DNA of 64,000 bases from Bugula neritina (Eukaryota; Animalia; Bryozoa), in contig OZ037773.1 in the NCBI GenBank assembly GCA_964035545.1, positions 6,353,751 through 6,417,750 on the forward strand, in the 5' to 3' direction. The notes beneath the pieces were generated by a model. It did no database searches, had not been told where the DNA came from, and saw only the letters and a program-made list of their open reading frames with translations. Position 1 is the stretch's first letter. Every line of letters starts with the position of its first letter. Below are positions 38,617-50,874 of the stretch, in pieces. A program made the translations under genes and the position numbers.

Positions 38617-41600
38617 CTAATTTGCACTGGGGGTGGAGGTGGACTGTGCCTCTACACTACTGAGCTGCTCTAACTCGTGCTCATATCTCTTCAAGTGCTG
38701 ATAACTCTCTACAACAATTCATGTACAAATAAAAAAATGACAATTTGATGATAAAAAAAATCTAAAGAATATATAAGGAGCAACATGCATGTAGATCTGA
38801 CTAAGTTAACACTAGACATTGATAGCTTTTTGCAAACATTATAAAATTTATTTAAATCATTCTTCTAATTATCAATGAGAGAACAGGGGAGTTAGAGGTG
38901 TAAAACAGAAGAAGGTAGGAAGGGTAAGAAGTTGTTTGATTATAAAATATAGCAATCATGTTTCAAATTAAAAAAAGATAAAAAAAAAATATAAGCTAAA
39001 TTTACATTTCTGCACCTAAAACAATTGTTGCTAGATTATTACTGACATATTACTGACAGAATAATGATTTAATCACTTTTAGAACACTCAAGCATTTATT
39101 GGTAATTACATAATATATTGAACACTGTGTTACATTATTATTACCTATATGCTTGTTTGGTGTTATTTCATAGCTCTTTTACAGATCATAAATGAACATT
39201 GAAAAAATCAGAGAGTCAAGTATAGCCATCTTAATATTAAGTTAATGTGACAACATAAAGGATTAGTAAACTCATAATTTACTAAAAATAATCCCAGTTG
39301 AATGGACAACAACCTAGATTAGCAATATTAACACTAAAAGCTTGTTTTTTTATAACAACCTCTATTAATTTAACATTTTGTGTGACTGAACGCCTATAAA
39401 ACAGTTGCAAGAACTAACACGCGTGTGTTGAACATATAGATTTAAGCACACCTAGAAAAAAATTTACAACTTTCTTATGACCCATTCACACTAAAGTTAA
39501 AAGTGTGAGCACGCTATTAGTAAAACATCTTTTAAAGTTTCTTTTCCAAAGAATTGATATAATTTCAACTATAAACTTGTAGTAATATGATGCAATTACC
39601 ATGTCAGAATGTTACATTGTGTAGCAGACAATACAAATATAATTATCAATAATTTATGCAAATAATTTAAATTTAAATATTCTATTGATGTTTTTGAAGC
39701 TAATTATACAGATAATTTAGCCAGTTCTTACTGACTAAACTCTCAAACTTTTAGAATCTAAATAGATTTTGTTTTTTGGTTAATAGAAAATATATACTGG
39801 CAACTAAGAGTCGATACAATAAATTTCATGTTACATTATAAATAAATTTCTATAAAATTTTAAAAAATTTTACTTATCCCAATTACCAGCCATTGAAAAA
39901 TAATTCAGTTTGCTTGATGACAGAGAAACAAAGAGAAAAAATTGCTTTCAACAATTTAAAGCCATTCAATATCTTAAGAAGAATACAAGTCAATGTGTGA
40001 TTGCCATATAAGCGTGCAAATCAGAAGTTTGTGATGAGAGAATTATCGTGAGTTACCTTCTTTTCCTGTAGATATCTGAGAATAATGCACATCATCAATC
40101 TATTTATTTTTATTACATGCACTTATTTAAACAAAGAAGACGTTGAGCGTTTTACCGTATTAAATTAATTATTTATCACTATTTATGCAACATCCCACTA
40201 ATATGCTAATTGTTTGATAATTGTCAATAATTGAATTGTGAAAACAGGGCAATCCTGTTGTAGCAGTGACAGGCAGAGCACATGCTCATACTTGCCACTA
40301 CCAACTCAACATGCCATGTACATGAGGTGTCATAAGAAGGAACTTACTTGACAAGATGACTAAGTTGATGCCCCATGCAATACTCCAGAACCAGCCAACC
40401 ATCACAAACAGGATTGTCAGCAGCTGGCCAATCCCTTTAACATCAAACTATCTTATTCATTTCATTATTTATAATTGTAATTGATGCTAAAAAGTTGTTA
40501 CATCATTTTATAGTATAATTTCCTTGGAACTAAACCAAGTCAGTTTATATTGTTGGAATAGGGAAAAAGAAACTTTTTAAAGACTTAAGTTATTAGATAT
40601 TCTAATAACAGGTTGCTTGAGGAGAGTTGATTGTCTTAGCAATGAGTTACACATTAAACCACAGTGTACAGTACTTAATGTGAAACACCAACTTTACTTG
40701 TTTATGGACAGTTATTATATACTTCACATGGTAACCTGGAATTGTACATCATTTCTTGCAGTATCAAACAAATGATGCGATTGTGACGTGTAATAAAAAT
40801 ACTATAGGCATTAGTATGAAAGGAATATTATTATAAGATTGATTAAAAATGTTGTTCAAACCGCTTCATCCATTAAAAAAGAAAATGTTTAAAGCTAACA
40901 TTTCTCAATTTTAAGTTTTTTTTCAACTTTCAAGTGTCTATAATACAGCTCTTCTGTCGTTCAAACAAATTAAGAAGAAATTATTCTAATAAACTGTGAG
41001 TATATACAAACTCCTATAGCAGTTCCTTCTGATTGGACCAGAAAAGGTGACCTACATTATATGGCTTTGCTTAGTTACTATAGCAACAAAGACACATACC
41101 AACAATAAGGTTAATGAAAACAGTCTTGAACACCTGGTCATCTTTTCCTTCAATTCTTGGCCTCCCGAAGCACAGCACACTAAACCCACTTAGCACAGTG
41201 CCTATACTCAAATAAAAAGTAAAATTAGAGTGAACCTGAGTTAGGAAAAAACTCCATTATACGTAAACCAGGAGTAATCCATGTAAACAACTATCAAATT
41301 CTTCAGCATGATACTGAACACAAAGAATCACCAAAAAATTTTGTTGATTATGTTTCTACACAAACCTGAACCAGGAAGAATTACATTCATCACCAGGCAT
41401 GTGATAGCCAGAGGAACTGGGAGATAAGGGATGGCTGCCCTCATATACGACCCGTTGTTAGGCATCAACTCAATCTCTTTTGCTACCTTTGGCTTTTCAG
41501 CATTCAAATCCTGCAAGAAAACTTTATACATTTCTATTTATCAAAACATTTTTGTTGACCTAAAACCTGCTCATATATTTAATGGTAGATATTGAAGCTA

Positions 41601-44600
41601 ATTTTTTCTATGTTTAATAATTGCTTTTCAGCAATAGTTTAACTTATCAGCTGTAAACATAGTTAACAATAACAGTAACTAGAGACTTCAGTGTTGTGCT
41701 AAGTAACACCAGATCTACCACTGTGCTAAGTAATAGCAAATCTATCACTGTGCCTGATAATAACAGACCTAACACAGTAATAGGTAATGGCAGACCTACT
41801 ACTGTATCAGGTAATTGCAGACCTACCACTGTGCTAGACAATATCAGACCTACCACTGTGCTAAGCAGTAACAGACCTACCACTGTGCTAAGCAGTATTA
41901 GACCTACCACTGTGCTAGACAACATCAGACCTACCACTGTGCTAAGCAGTAACAGACTTACCACTGTGCTAGATAATATCAGACCTACCACTGTGCTAGG
42001 GATTTGCTGGAGGATTATTGTGCTGCCATTAGACCTGGAGCTGTTGCAACTCTCTCTACGGGAGTTGTCTCCCTTTGGCAGATTCAAGTGGGATTCTTTA
42101 AGTTGGGCTGCCAATTCCTCGTCCTCATTTGCTTCCTCCTCAATAGTTACTGGCTCGTTTGCTTCGTCTTTCATGAGCAATTCTTTGTCATCTTTTCCTA
42201 AAATATAAAAATTTATGCTCATGACTCTAGCATGTCTTTAGAAAGAATCATGATCAAGTGTAGAGGTAAGTCTCTTGGCCCAGCTAATGTTCTGAAAATG
42301 TGTGCTAGTGGTAAGGAAATTACAAATTTCTTATAAAAAATTTCAAATCAATCAATAAATAATCAATATAATAGCCAATAATCATCAACCAATAATAATA
42401 TTTGTCAAGTTTGCTATAAGTGTTACGAAGTGCAATTTGGTTAAACAGGTTTTTAAAAATAAACGTTATCTAGCTCACCAAAATTATGCCAAAACAATGG
42501 CGTGATCTTATATGGCCCATGCTTGATCATGGTAAAATCACTGAGTGTAAACTTTGATGTCAAAAGTGTAGTTTAGTGCTCAATTCACAACAAAATTGAA
42601 TGCAAGTAACCTGGAGATGCCCAGCTGCCTACTTTAGTATTATCTATGAGTCATCTTTCAGCACTGATATATACTAACAATGTAGTGTTTGAAAGAATAT
42701 TATATGACATTGTCACTGTACATATTTTGAGCATCATATAAACAAGACAGTTTGCAGGTAACATTTAAACTACAAAAATATTAAAATTTTCTTCTTTATA
42801 CAAACCCAACATCAATTAAAGTCTGTAAAATACCTGTAGTCGTAAACCCATCTTTAGGTTTTCCTTGAGTGAAATCTGATGGATTACTCCATTTAGATGC
42901 TACAGGCTTCACTTTGTCTGTAATAATTTTTCCGAGTGATGCAGGTGTTACCTTATCTGAGATTATTTTCCCAAAACCTCCAGGTTTCTTGCTTTTTGCA
43001 GGTGCTGTTGTGACTTTTTTATTCCCTTTGACACTTTTTCCTAAAGTTAATAAATAAAGCTTTTTGAATGTGAATGCACAAAACAATAGCAGAGCAATTT
43101 TTTGCTACATTACTAAAGGAACTTATCAAGTACCATTCACTTCTGGAGTGACTGAAGCACCAGATGGTGTTCTCTGAAGGGGTGTCTTCTTTCCTGACGG
43201 AATCTTGTTGTTGACTTGACTCTCAGGTTGACTTTCGGCTCTAGGAAATTAAAAAGCTTGATGAGTGAAGCCATACAAAGTGCAATATAACTGCAGGCTA
43301 TATGAAGAACTACTATCAATGTGCTGTCATACCTTAATTTTTCTAGCAAATATAAAATATTTTAAATTTATTTGACTAGCTGTGATTTTATGACAGCGTT
43401 GCTGTCTATAAAATAAAGTAAATTCAATCTGAAATTTAGCAACTCAAGCCATATGCGATCTAATATTTCAATAAGTAATCTCTGCATTAGTCTTTTTATT
43501 TAAACTGTTAGAAATAAAATATTAAAAGCGTACCTTGTTTTATTGAGGCGTTTGGTCACCTTGTTTGCAATAGATTTCTGCTGGGCTGAAGACTTGGTAG
43601 TTATTATATTAGCTAGTTTCACTGGAGCTGTCTTTACGGTTTTCTTTTTCTTAGGCGTAGGAGTTTTCTTGCCTTGATTTAGTGTAACACCATCCTTGCC
43701 ATCATCTTTACTAACAACTGTAATCATTTATTTTGAGCAATTACATTTGAAGCTAAAACTGTACCCTACTTGAGAATCATCAAATGCTGTGATTGAATTC
43801 CTGAAAGACCTTCTGATTTCTTGCAAAGGTCATAGACTAAATCGTGGTACATACAGGAATGTGACTCCCTGAAATGACGAGGGGAAGCTTTGGTTTCAGT
43901 ATTGAGCCATTAGGAAAAAATACGATAATATTATGGTGAAAACAAAATGAGTTTAAAGCACAACACTTTGTATTAAGCCATTATATATCATTTCTATGGT
44001 CATTTGTGTTAATTGAAAATTATAAAACAGCTAAAAGAGTTTCAAAAACACCGTTCAACTCTACTAGGTACAATTGTAGCAACTAATTAATATTTAGAGC
44101 TTGCTGACCATTTCAGACCTCGTAGTTACAAAACCTTGCTAATCAACTCTACAATATTGATAGGACAACTCCTACAAGTTAATAAATTGATTAATTGGTT
44201 AGAGTACTTTATGTAATGCAAGTTAATAAAATCGGAGTAGATGTTGGCTGAGCTTAAGATAGTTGTTGCAGCAGAAGCTGCTTCATTGCTAAACACAGAT
44301 CAGCGACCAGTCCAAACTCAGATCTATATAAGGAGCAGACAAGTAAAACAATAAAATATTTTTACCAGAACTATTTGAAATTCATTTTTGGGAGCAGCCA
44401 TGATGGTTTAGTCACTATAGTGTACTTAGCGGGCATGACAAAGTTATGGGTTTGAATTTTGGTAAGGAAAGTATTTTATCACAACTGCTCCTGTAACTCA
44501 GTAAAAGCCCTAGAACGCTGTAGTTAGCATGTTAAGAGACGCATTTCTTAGCCTGCTTAGCCCCCCTGTATTTAATATTTTATATGAATAGAAAACTAAA

Positions 44601-47404
44601 TTGATGTGAGTTTATTAAGAGTTGAGGGTTACTTGTTTACAGAACACTGAGGTATTTACCTGGAATCTCTGACACCACTTCCTCTTCCTGTCCCACACCT
44701 TCTGAATCATTTTCAATTGTTTTGCTGGTCCCCGTAGCTGGTAGCGAATCGGTAGCTGGTAATTCTTCTAAATGTGATTCATCGCTGTGATTATAGTAAA
44801 GTTTGTGAATTAATAAATACTTTTGGTTGAAAAGTGTGAAAGAGAAACATGCTTTTAGATTAACTATAACCATTACTTACATAGTTAGAGCATTGACAGT
44901 GAATTATATATAATATTATTATCTCACTTATTCTTAGGCTATAAAGAGCTTGGTTAATTAACCTTTTAATTTGCATCTAAATCAATAAAATTCAGAATCA
45001 GTGGACACATTGTCTCATGATTCAGAGTAAACCCACTTGTTTGGCTGGTCTTTCGTTGCATTAATATCTACTTCTTTCCCCTCAATAGCTTCCTCTGGTG
45101 CTTTTTCTGTTGAATACAATGAAGTTGTTACTGGCGGCTGAAACTGATGGATATCTTCAGTTGGAGTGCGGGCGTCTACCTCACCCCCCACTGAAAAGTT
45201 GTTCAGGGATACGGAACCTGCAACATATAATTATGAGCTACAGATTTTGAAAATGCAATTTACATGTTTTAGACATTCAAGTTTCTCTTGATATCAAAAA
45301 TGAATATTATGTTGAGCCTTAAAAATTAAAACTATGTAATTCAATTTATGGTAAGACATAGTGCATAAAACTTGCTGATTGTTGCAATCTTCCATTCCTC
45401 TTATATTAATAACAATTGATTATAATAATGTTATCTAACTCTGTAGGATGCTTAAAGTTTCTTTATGTGCAATGACTTGTTATGTTATGGCCAAAACTCA
45501 GATGTGTAGTAAACTTAGAAACAGTTGAACCAAAGCCACTACATAATAATATTAATAGCCTTGTTTTCCAAAACAATGTGTTTTTTTTAGTTCATTAGCA
45601 GGTATACTAAGCATTTTGCTTTCTAAGCAATAATTACTATAATTATAAGACAAAGATATATTATATGCTAATGTATGCTTTAATAGCTATAATATTGTTA
45701 TCCTGTTTACTATATTTTAGTATAGTGTTATCTGGCTTAGTATAGGAAAGGCATATAGTATACATTTCACCTTATCTAAACCGATATTACAGTTCAAAGC
45801 ATAGTCAATTCAACTCTTGACCCATAGTCACAGCCTATTATTCACCTAGTCCCCTGAATTATATATTCAACTGTTTATTTACAAACATAGATGTTGAATA
45901 GATATAGTTATGAATCTGCGTGGGATATAAACAGCGGGATTTAATAATTGATGCTGATATTTAGATTGATGTGCCAATAACTTCAAAAGCTTTTATTATC
46001 CTCTTCATTTGTATGAAAATCAATATTAGCCATGCGGTCACTGGTAGTGTAAGTAGGTGTTTTATAATATATCAACTTCATAATATGGTTGCATTTGCAT
46101 TGAGTGTTTTTTCCATGCAGTTTCTACCCTGTGTTCACTTGCGCAGAAGGGTATTTATTGGTCAGATGTAGATGAATGTTAAAGAGATTTTGTGAGAAAT
46201 ATAATATAAAGTAGTGCATTGTTCAACTAATGTTGAGATGAATGAGCAGAAACACCCTCTGCTGTATATAACGTCGTACAACTATATAACTGATATGAGA
46301 CTATTTTGTATAAACGGAGATACTTTAGATATGAAAGCTTATTAACTAGTAAGGCTACGTTACCTTGATCACTAATAATATCGTCTTCGTTGTACATATC
46401 TACATCTTCAATAGTCATGCCAGTTTTCATGTCATCAACAAGTTCACTGACAGTTGTGTCCTTGACATTGTAATCGGAAGAGAGGCTCAGCTGTATGCTA
46501 GCATTTGTTTCTCTAAAAACAAAACAGTTGAAATTACTCGAGAATTCTTGAACATTGTCTAAAAATAAACAACTCTCGGTACTATTTTTGATGCAAATAG
46601 CTACATAGTTTCATGCGAAAACTGTTTTGGAAACAAATTAAAGCTGCAAATAGTTACAAAGGCTAAGTGATAAAATAATTCAAGATAATAATTATATGCA
46701 GGTATTGTTGCTTAGTACCCAGATGTGTGACTGGAAGGTGATTGGTCCATCAGCAAAGCCGGTACAGAAGCAGAAGTTTGTAGCTTTCTACCATGACCAC
46801 CTAAAAAGCAAAAAGTGCAGCTGATAAAAAAGAATAAAATAAAAAATTAGTTACATTCTAGCCTTTAGCTTTTTGTGCCAGCTGAAAACCACTATTAAGT
46901 TTACTATAATATAGGAAGTTTGCACGGCTGAAATGTGCTCTTTTTACATCTAAATGTTATTACATGTTGATATATGATGGATCGAGTTAATATATTATCT
47001 AGATACCTTTTTATGTAAAAGTCAATTATAACACATTTATAATAATTCCATTATTACATACACCATAAAAATAAATATTTTTTGATAACCAAAGTTCTAT
47101 TATAAGACAGAAAAATAGTCTAGCTTTGTTATAAACTATATTGACTGAAATTTAAAAAGCCAAATCATTGGTGGTATCACAATAATGACAGAAAAAGGAC
47201 CTTTTGAAAAATCACACAACATTTTTATAATTGGCATAACACAAAAATAGCTATAACTTCAGTGCCTGCAGGGTTGGATTATAACATGTTGGCTAGATAA
47301 CTTCTATATACTCTATATAAAAGATGTCGAGTTAGAAACCTACTTTCAGTATTGGAGTCCTCAGAGATATTTCTTCTCACGTTTGGCTCGCTGTGCCCTG
47401 CCAT
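38617..47404 (-). CDS. STUM: Stum/SPEC3-family membrane protein with long low-complexity N-terminus, ~576 aa
   Basis: Phase-consistent exons 47404-47344, 46800-46719, 46512-46364, 45217-45037, 44784-44660, 43717-43534, 43240-43134, 43040-42834, 42197-41989, 41510-41366, 41201-41100, 40434-40348, (optional 40075-40057), 38708-38617. C-terminal domain MRAAIPYLPVPLAITCLVMNVILPGSGTVLSGF...GQLLTILFVMVGWFWSIAWG is typical of Stum/SPEC3. N-terminal exons are less certain than the domain exons. Confidence 0.85.
41692..41999 (-). repeat. 27-bp tandem repeat x~11 spanning the exon end and 5' splice site of a stum exon
   Basis: Minus-strand unit GTAGGTCTGNTANTGCTTAGCACAGTG, stop-free in the exon frame (VGLILSSTV-like). 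Confidence 0.95.
44392..44510 (+). mobile_element. Degenerate tRNA-derived SINE copy
   Basis: GCAGCC..TGGTTTAGT (A box-like), GGTTTGAATT (B box-like), ..TGCTCCTG; similar to the reverse complement of 60355-60470. Confidence 0.5.
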
Positions 47405-47844
47405 TGCTAGCTTCTTATAGGAGACACGAAAATATATTTATTCAAACAACTTTACAACACATTATTCACATTTCTTGTTTTAAACATTTTGATTTACTTC
47501 ATTGTACTAGTACTATAATACACTATTATTTATATTTATGGCTTTAGACATTTTTCAATTTAATTATTATACACTCACCTTGTTGTAATGAGTAATGTAG
47601 TTTACTTTTTAGTTATAGAGTCTCTTTAGCAAATAGCTTGTAATAGAATAGCAAGCCTAAATTGACAGTATAAGATCTAAAAAGTGATCCCCAACTAATT
47701 CTCTTTAATTATGAACTCGGACTTACTTTTATCGAATGATACTGTAGATGAAGAACTTTCAAATATGAAATTCAATAAATTCAAAGAGTTTATGAAGCTT
47801 ATAACAAAACGTCCTGAACGTCAACACATGGTACACTTAACGTC

Positions 47845-47858
47845 GTTGCTATGGGATA
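47845..47858. promoter_or_regulatory. X-box-like site in the stum/CIMIP1 divergent intergenic region
   Basis: GTTGCTATGGGATA: one strong half-site, in a locally CpG-richer stretch. Confidence 0.35.
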
Positions 47859-48871
47859 TTCAGCCCTCTTCTCATTGTGACATGCACCATATGATTTCAG
47901 ACAGTCAAATGATTGCTTCCTTTATGAGTAAAATAAATAAATTAAAAATCAATATCATTTATTCGTCTGGACATGCTATGATTTGATATATTTCTTCACT
48001 ATAATCGGATATGCGTGCAAAAGTGACCTTTTGTTTTAGGCTAATTGAAGACTTAGCAAGAAAATAAACTTAAACCTGTGTCTGTCGAGCTCGTAAATAC
48101 GAGAAATGTCAGCTAAGTAATAATCATTTCAATGAACACAGTACAGGCTTGTTTGTAACTTTTTTTCCACAAAACCCGATTGAAAGTTTTATAATAAGTG
48201 AACTACCTGCTTTATGCTTTAAGTTTTTTTAAAAAAGCCTTATTTTCAAGTCCTATCTACTAGTAATCAATTTCAAAATAATTCCAAATCCTCAAACTGA
48301 TGTGTAGTTTAAGTTTTCAGAAATACATGAAATAGTTTTTCACTTGTTGCTAAAAGAGTATGCCTCAAGTTACTTGAACATGTCTTTAGATTAAAATAAT
48401 ATGTTACTGTGCAATCAAAACTGCCAAAGCAGTATAATAAGGTGATTTTAGAAGGTTAAGGATGTTGGTAAAAATATTGTTTTGGATATTATATGAAAAT
48501 AAAAACAACCCAAATTCAAACCCTGAGGCAATGAGCAATATTGTGAAAGATAATTTAGGCATTGGGCTCAAAACATTTTTTAGGCATATTGGTTTGCATT
48601 CTATGCAACCAAATTGGTTTAAAATAGAAAATTAATCAAAATATATTAAAATTTAGTTTTATAAAAAAACTCAAGTTTAAGAAATATTGTGTTTAGAAAT
48701 TTTGTTGAGAAAATTAAATTAATTATTTTTAGTATACATGCAATTCAATTTTTTATTCAACTTTTTAAAATAACTTATTGTGTTTTCATCATAATATGGA
48801 TGGCCTCAAAAATTTAAAATATTTTCAAAGAAATAATTGAGTTGTCCTCTCATTGAATAAAAGTAATTTTA

Positions 48872-50874
48872 ATGTTTTCAAAAAATACAACATTTCAAAG
48901 CGACAGTAAAAATGGCCATAGCAAGCACGACTCAGTTTGGTAAGACTGTAGAATATGAAAATTGTAATTATAATTTTATTCATAATATATGATTATAATC
49001 GCAATTAGCTGTCTAGTTCAAGCATGCATGCTAAGTTATCAGCTAGTAAGAAAAACTAGTGTTGTCCGCTAACTATATTTACACATAAGTTGCCTACTGT
49101 GTATTGTCTATTGTGTTAAAGGAAAGAGAGAGTGAAAAAAGAAAACGAAACAGCTAGTGTTTACTGGCCACAGAAATGGGGTTGGTTACCTCAGGCTTAC
49201 AAACAGGTATTGTTGATGCAAAATTAAACATTTATACAAAATTAATGTTTATTTAAAATTGTGACATGTGTACATGACCCTCAAACTACTCGCTGAAGTT
49301 CTATATTATACTGTTATTAAAATATATTGTTATTATTGTTATTATATTACATTGTACTATTATCATACATTATTTTATCATTGTTTGCATTGCATATTCC
49401 ATCATTTCATTATTGTTATACACAAAGTGTTATGTTATTTTCATGTTGCATTATATTATAATATATCTAATTATGCAACATGTAAGAAATTTAGCTACTA
49501 TATATTTACAAGTTAAAAAAATTAGCCACACATGAGCATTTCAAAGCATATAGCCTACGAACTATTTAGCCTTTATATACTTGCATTAATATTCTTAATT
49601 CATATATAAACTAATTATTGCTGGTATATAAAAAGAAAATATCTATGATAATACATTTAAAAAATAAAAATTGCCAATTGTTAAATGACATATCATGATG
49701 CAATATTAGTTATATATTGATTAAATATTTCATAATTTAGTAAGTAGAAAAACTTGAGTAAAGCTAAAGTTTAAAATCTAAAGAAATCACCATATAATGT
49801 GATGGTACTATAATTAACATCAAGCATTATATATATTTTCTTTCACTTGTTGACAGACAAATAAGTTGATGTCCAGAAAAGATTTATCAGCAACTCAAAT
49901 AGATACAACTGTAGACCGAGAACTGGACAATGCTGTATCTACAGGTTGGGTGGATAATGAATACACCCCTCCTAGACAACATAACAACACTTACTCTAAT
50001 TTGTCGGAAATTTCAGATGTTCTTATAGATGAGAATAAAAGTGTAGACCCAAACTCGTACACAAAACAAGGTAAGCTGTATTCGAGCAATAAACAATTTG
50101 ACAAGTAAATTATCATAGAGTATCTTATTAATTAAGCTTTTGTTACTGATTTTATGACCAATGTAAGGTGATGTATATTAAATGCAGCCAAACTTTGAAT
50201 ACATGCTAATAATAGTCACTTTGTTTGCTGTTGTTGCACTGTCAAAATGTACTGAATATAAATATAACTACATATACATGTAGCTGTAAGAAAACCTGCA
50301 TCTATATAACTATAACTAAACATTTAACATAATAGCAGTTATAACTATAACTATTTTACTGACAAATTAATTAGTATATACAGGGACTTGAAGTTTTTTA
50401 AGAAAAAATAGCCATATAAAAGAACTTTTTGCAAACAATATGTTATTAAAGTTGGAGTGGATAAATGATATTGATATAATAACAAAATTCTTATACTTTA
50501 TCCTGTGAATAAATGATAATATTTTTAAAATAATCATATAAAATAAAAGCAACTTATTCTTATTAGTTGAATGCATCAAAGTAAGTTGCTTTAATTAAAC
50601 AAGTTATAATTTACCAGCTATATTAAATAGAGACTGATTGTTAATGTAAAGTTATATAGTAATAGTGCCGCTCAATATTATTCTGATAATGCTTTTAGCA
50701 GAAATCAAGAAAAGTATGAAAGTTACCAAGAAATACCCTGAGACTACATCACAGGAATATGGCCACCGATGTTTTGATTGGATGACAAGTAGCATTGCCA
50801 ACGCGACAAAGCAATCATACCCGACCAAGTCATTTGTAAAGCAGATGAACTGGCCTAAAGACTACGCTCCATAG
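48872..50874 (+). CDS. CIMIP1: CIMIP1/C20orf85 (LLC1)-like ciliary microtubule inner protein, ~180 aa, 4 exons
   Basis: Exons 48872-48939, 49122-49206, 49857-50070, 50699-50874 join in phase: ...KHDSVWKERVKKENETASVYWPQKWGWLPQAY...KYPETTSQEYGHR...KSFVKQMNWPKDYAP*. Matches family motifs D..W+..+..E......W...WG.L, P.TT.Q..G.R and F.+.L.WP. Confidence 0.75.

Noticed and set aside
41696-42208. Plus-strand (RPTTVLSSN)n ORF
   Set aside because: Antisense of the stum exon and its donor array.
43730-43910. Coding-looking segment in a stum intron
   Set aside because: In-frame stops and no phase-compatible splice pair.
47711-47986. 91-aa plus-strand ORF
   Set aside because: No recognisable motif or link to the CIMIP1 exons; lies in the probable promoter region.
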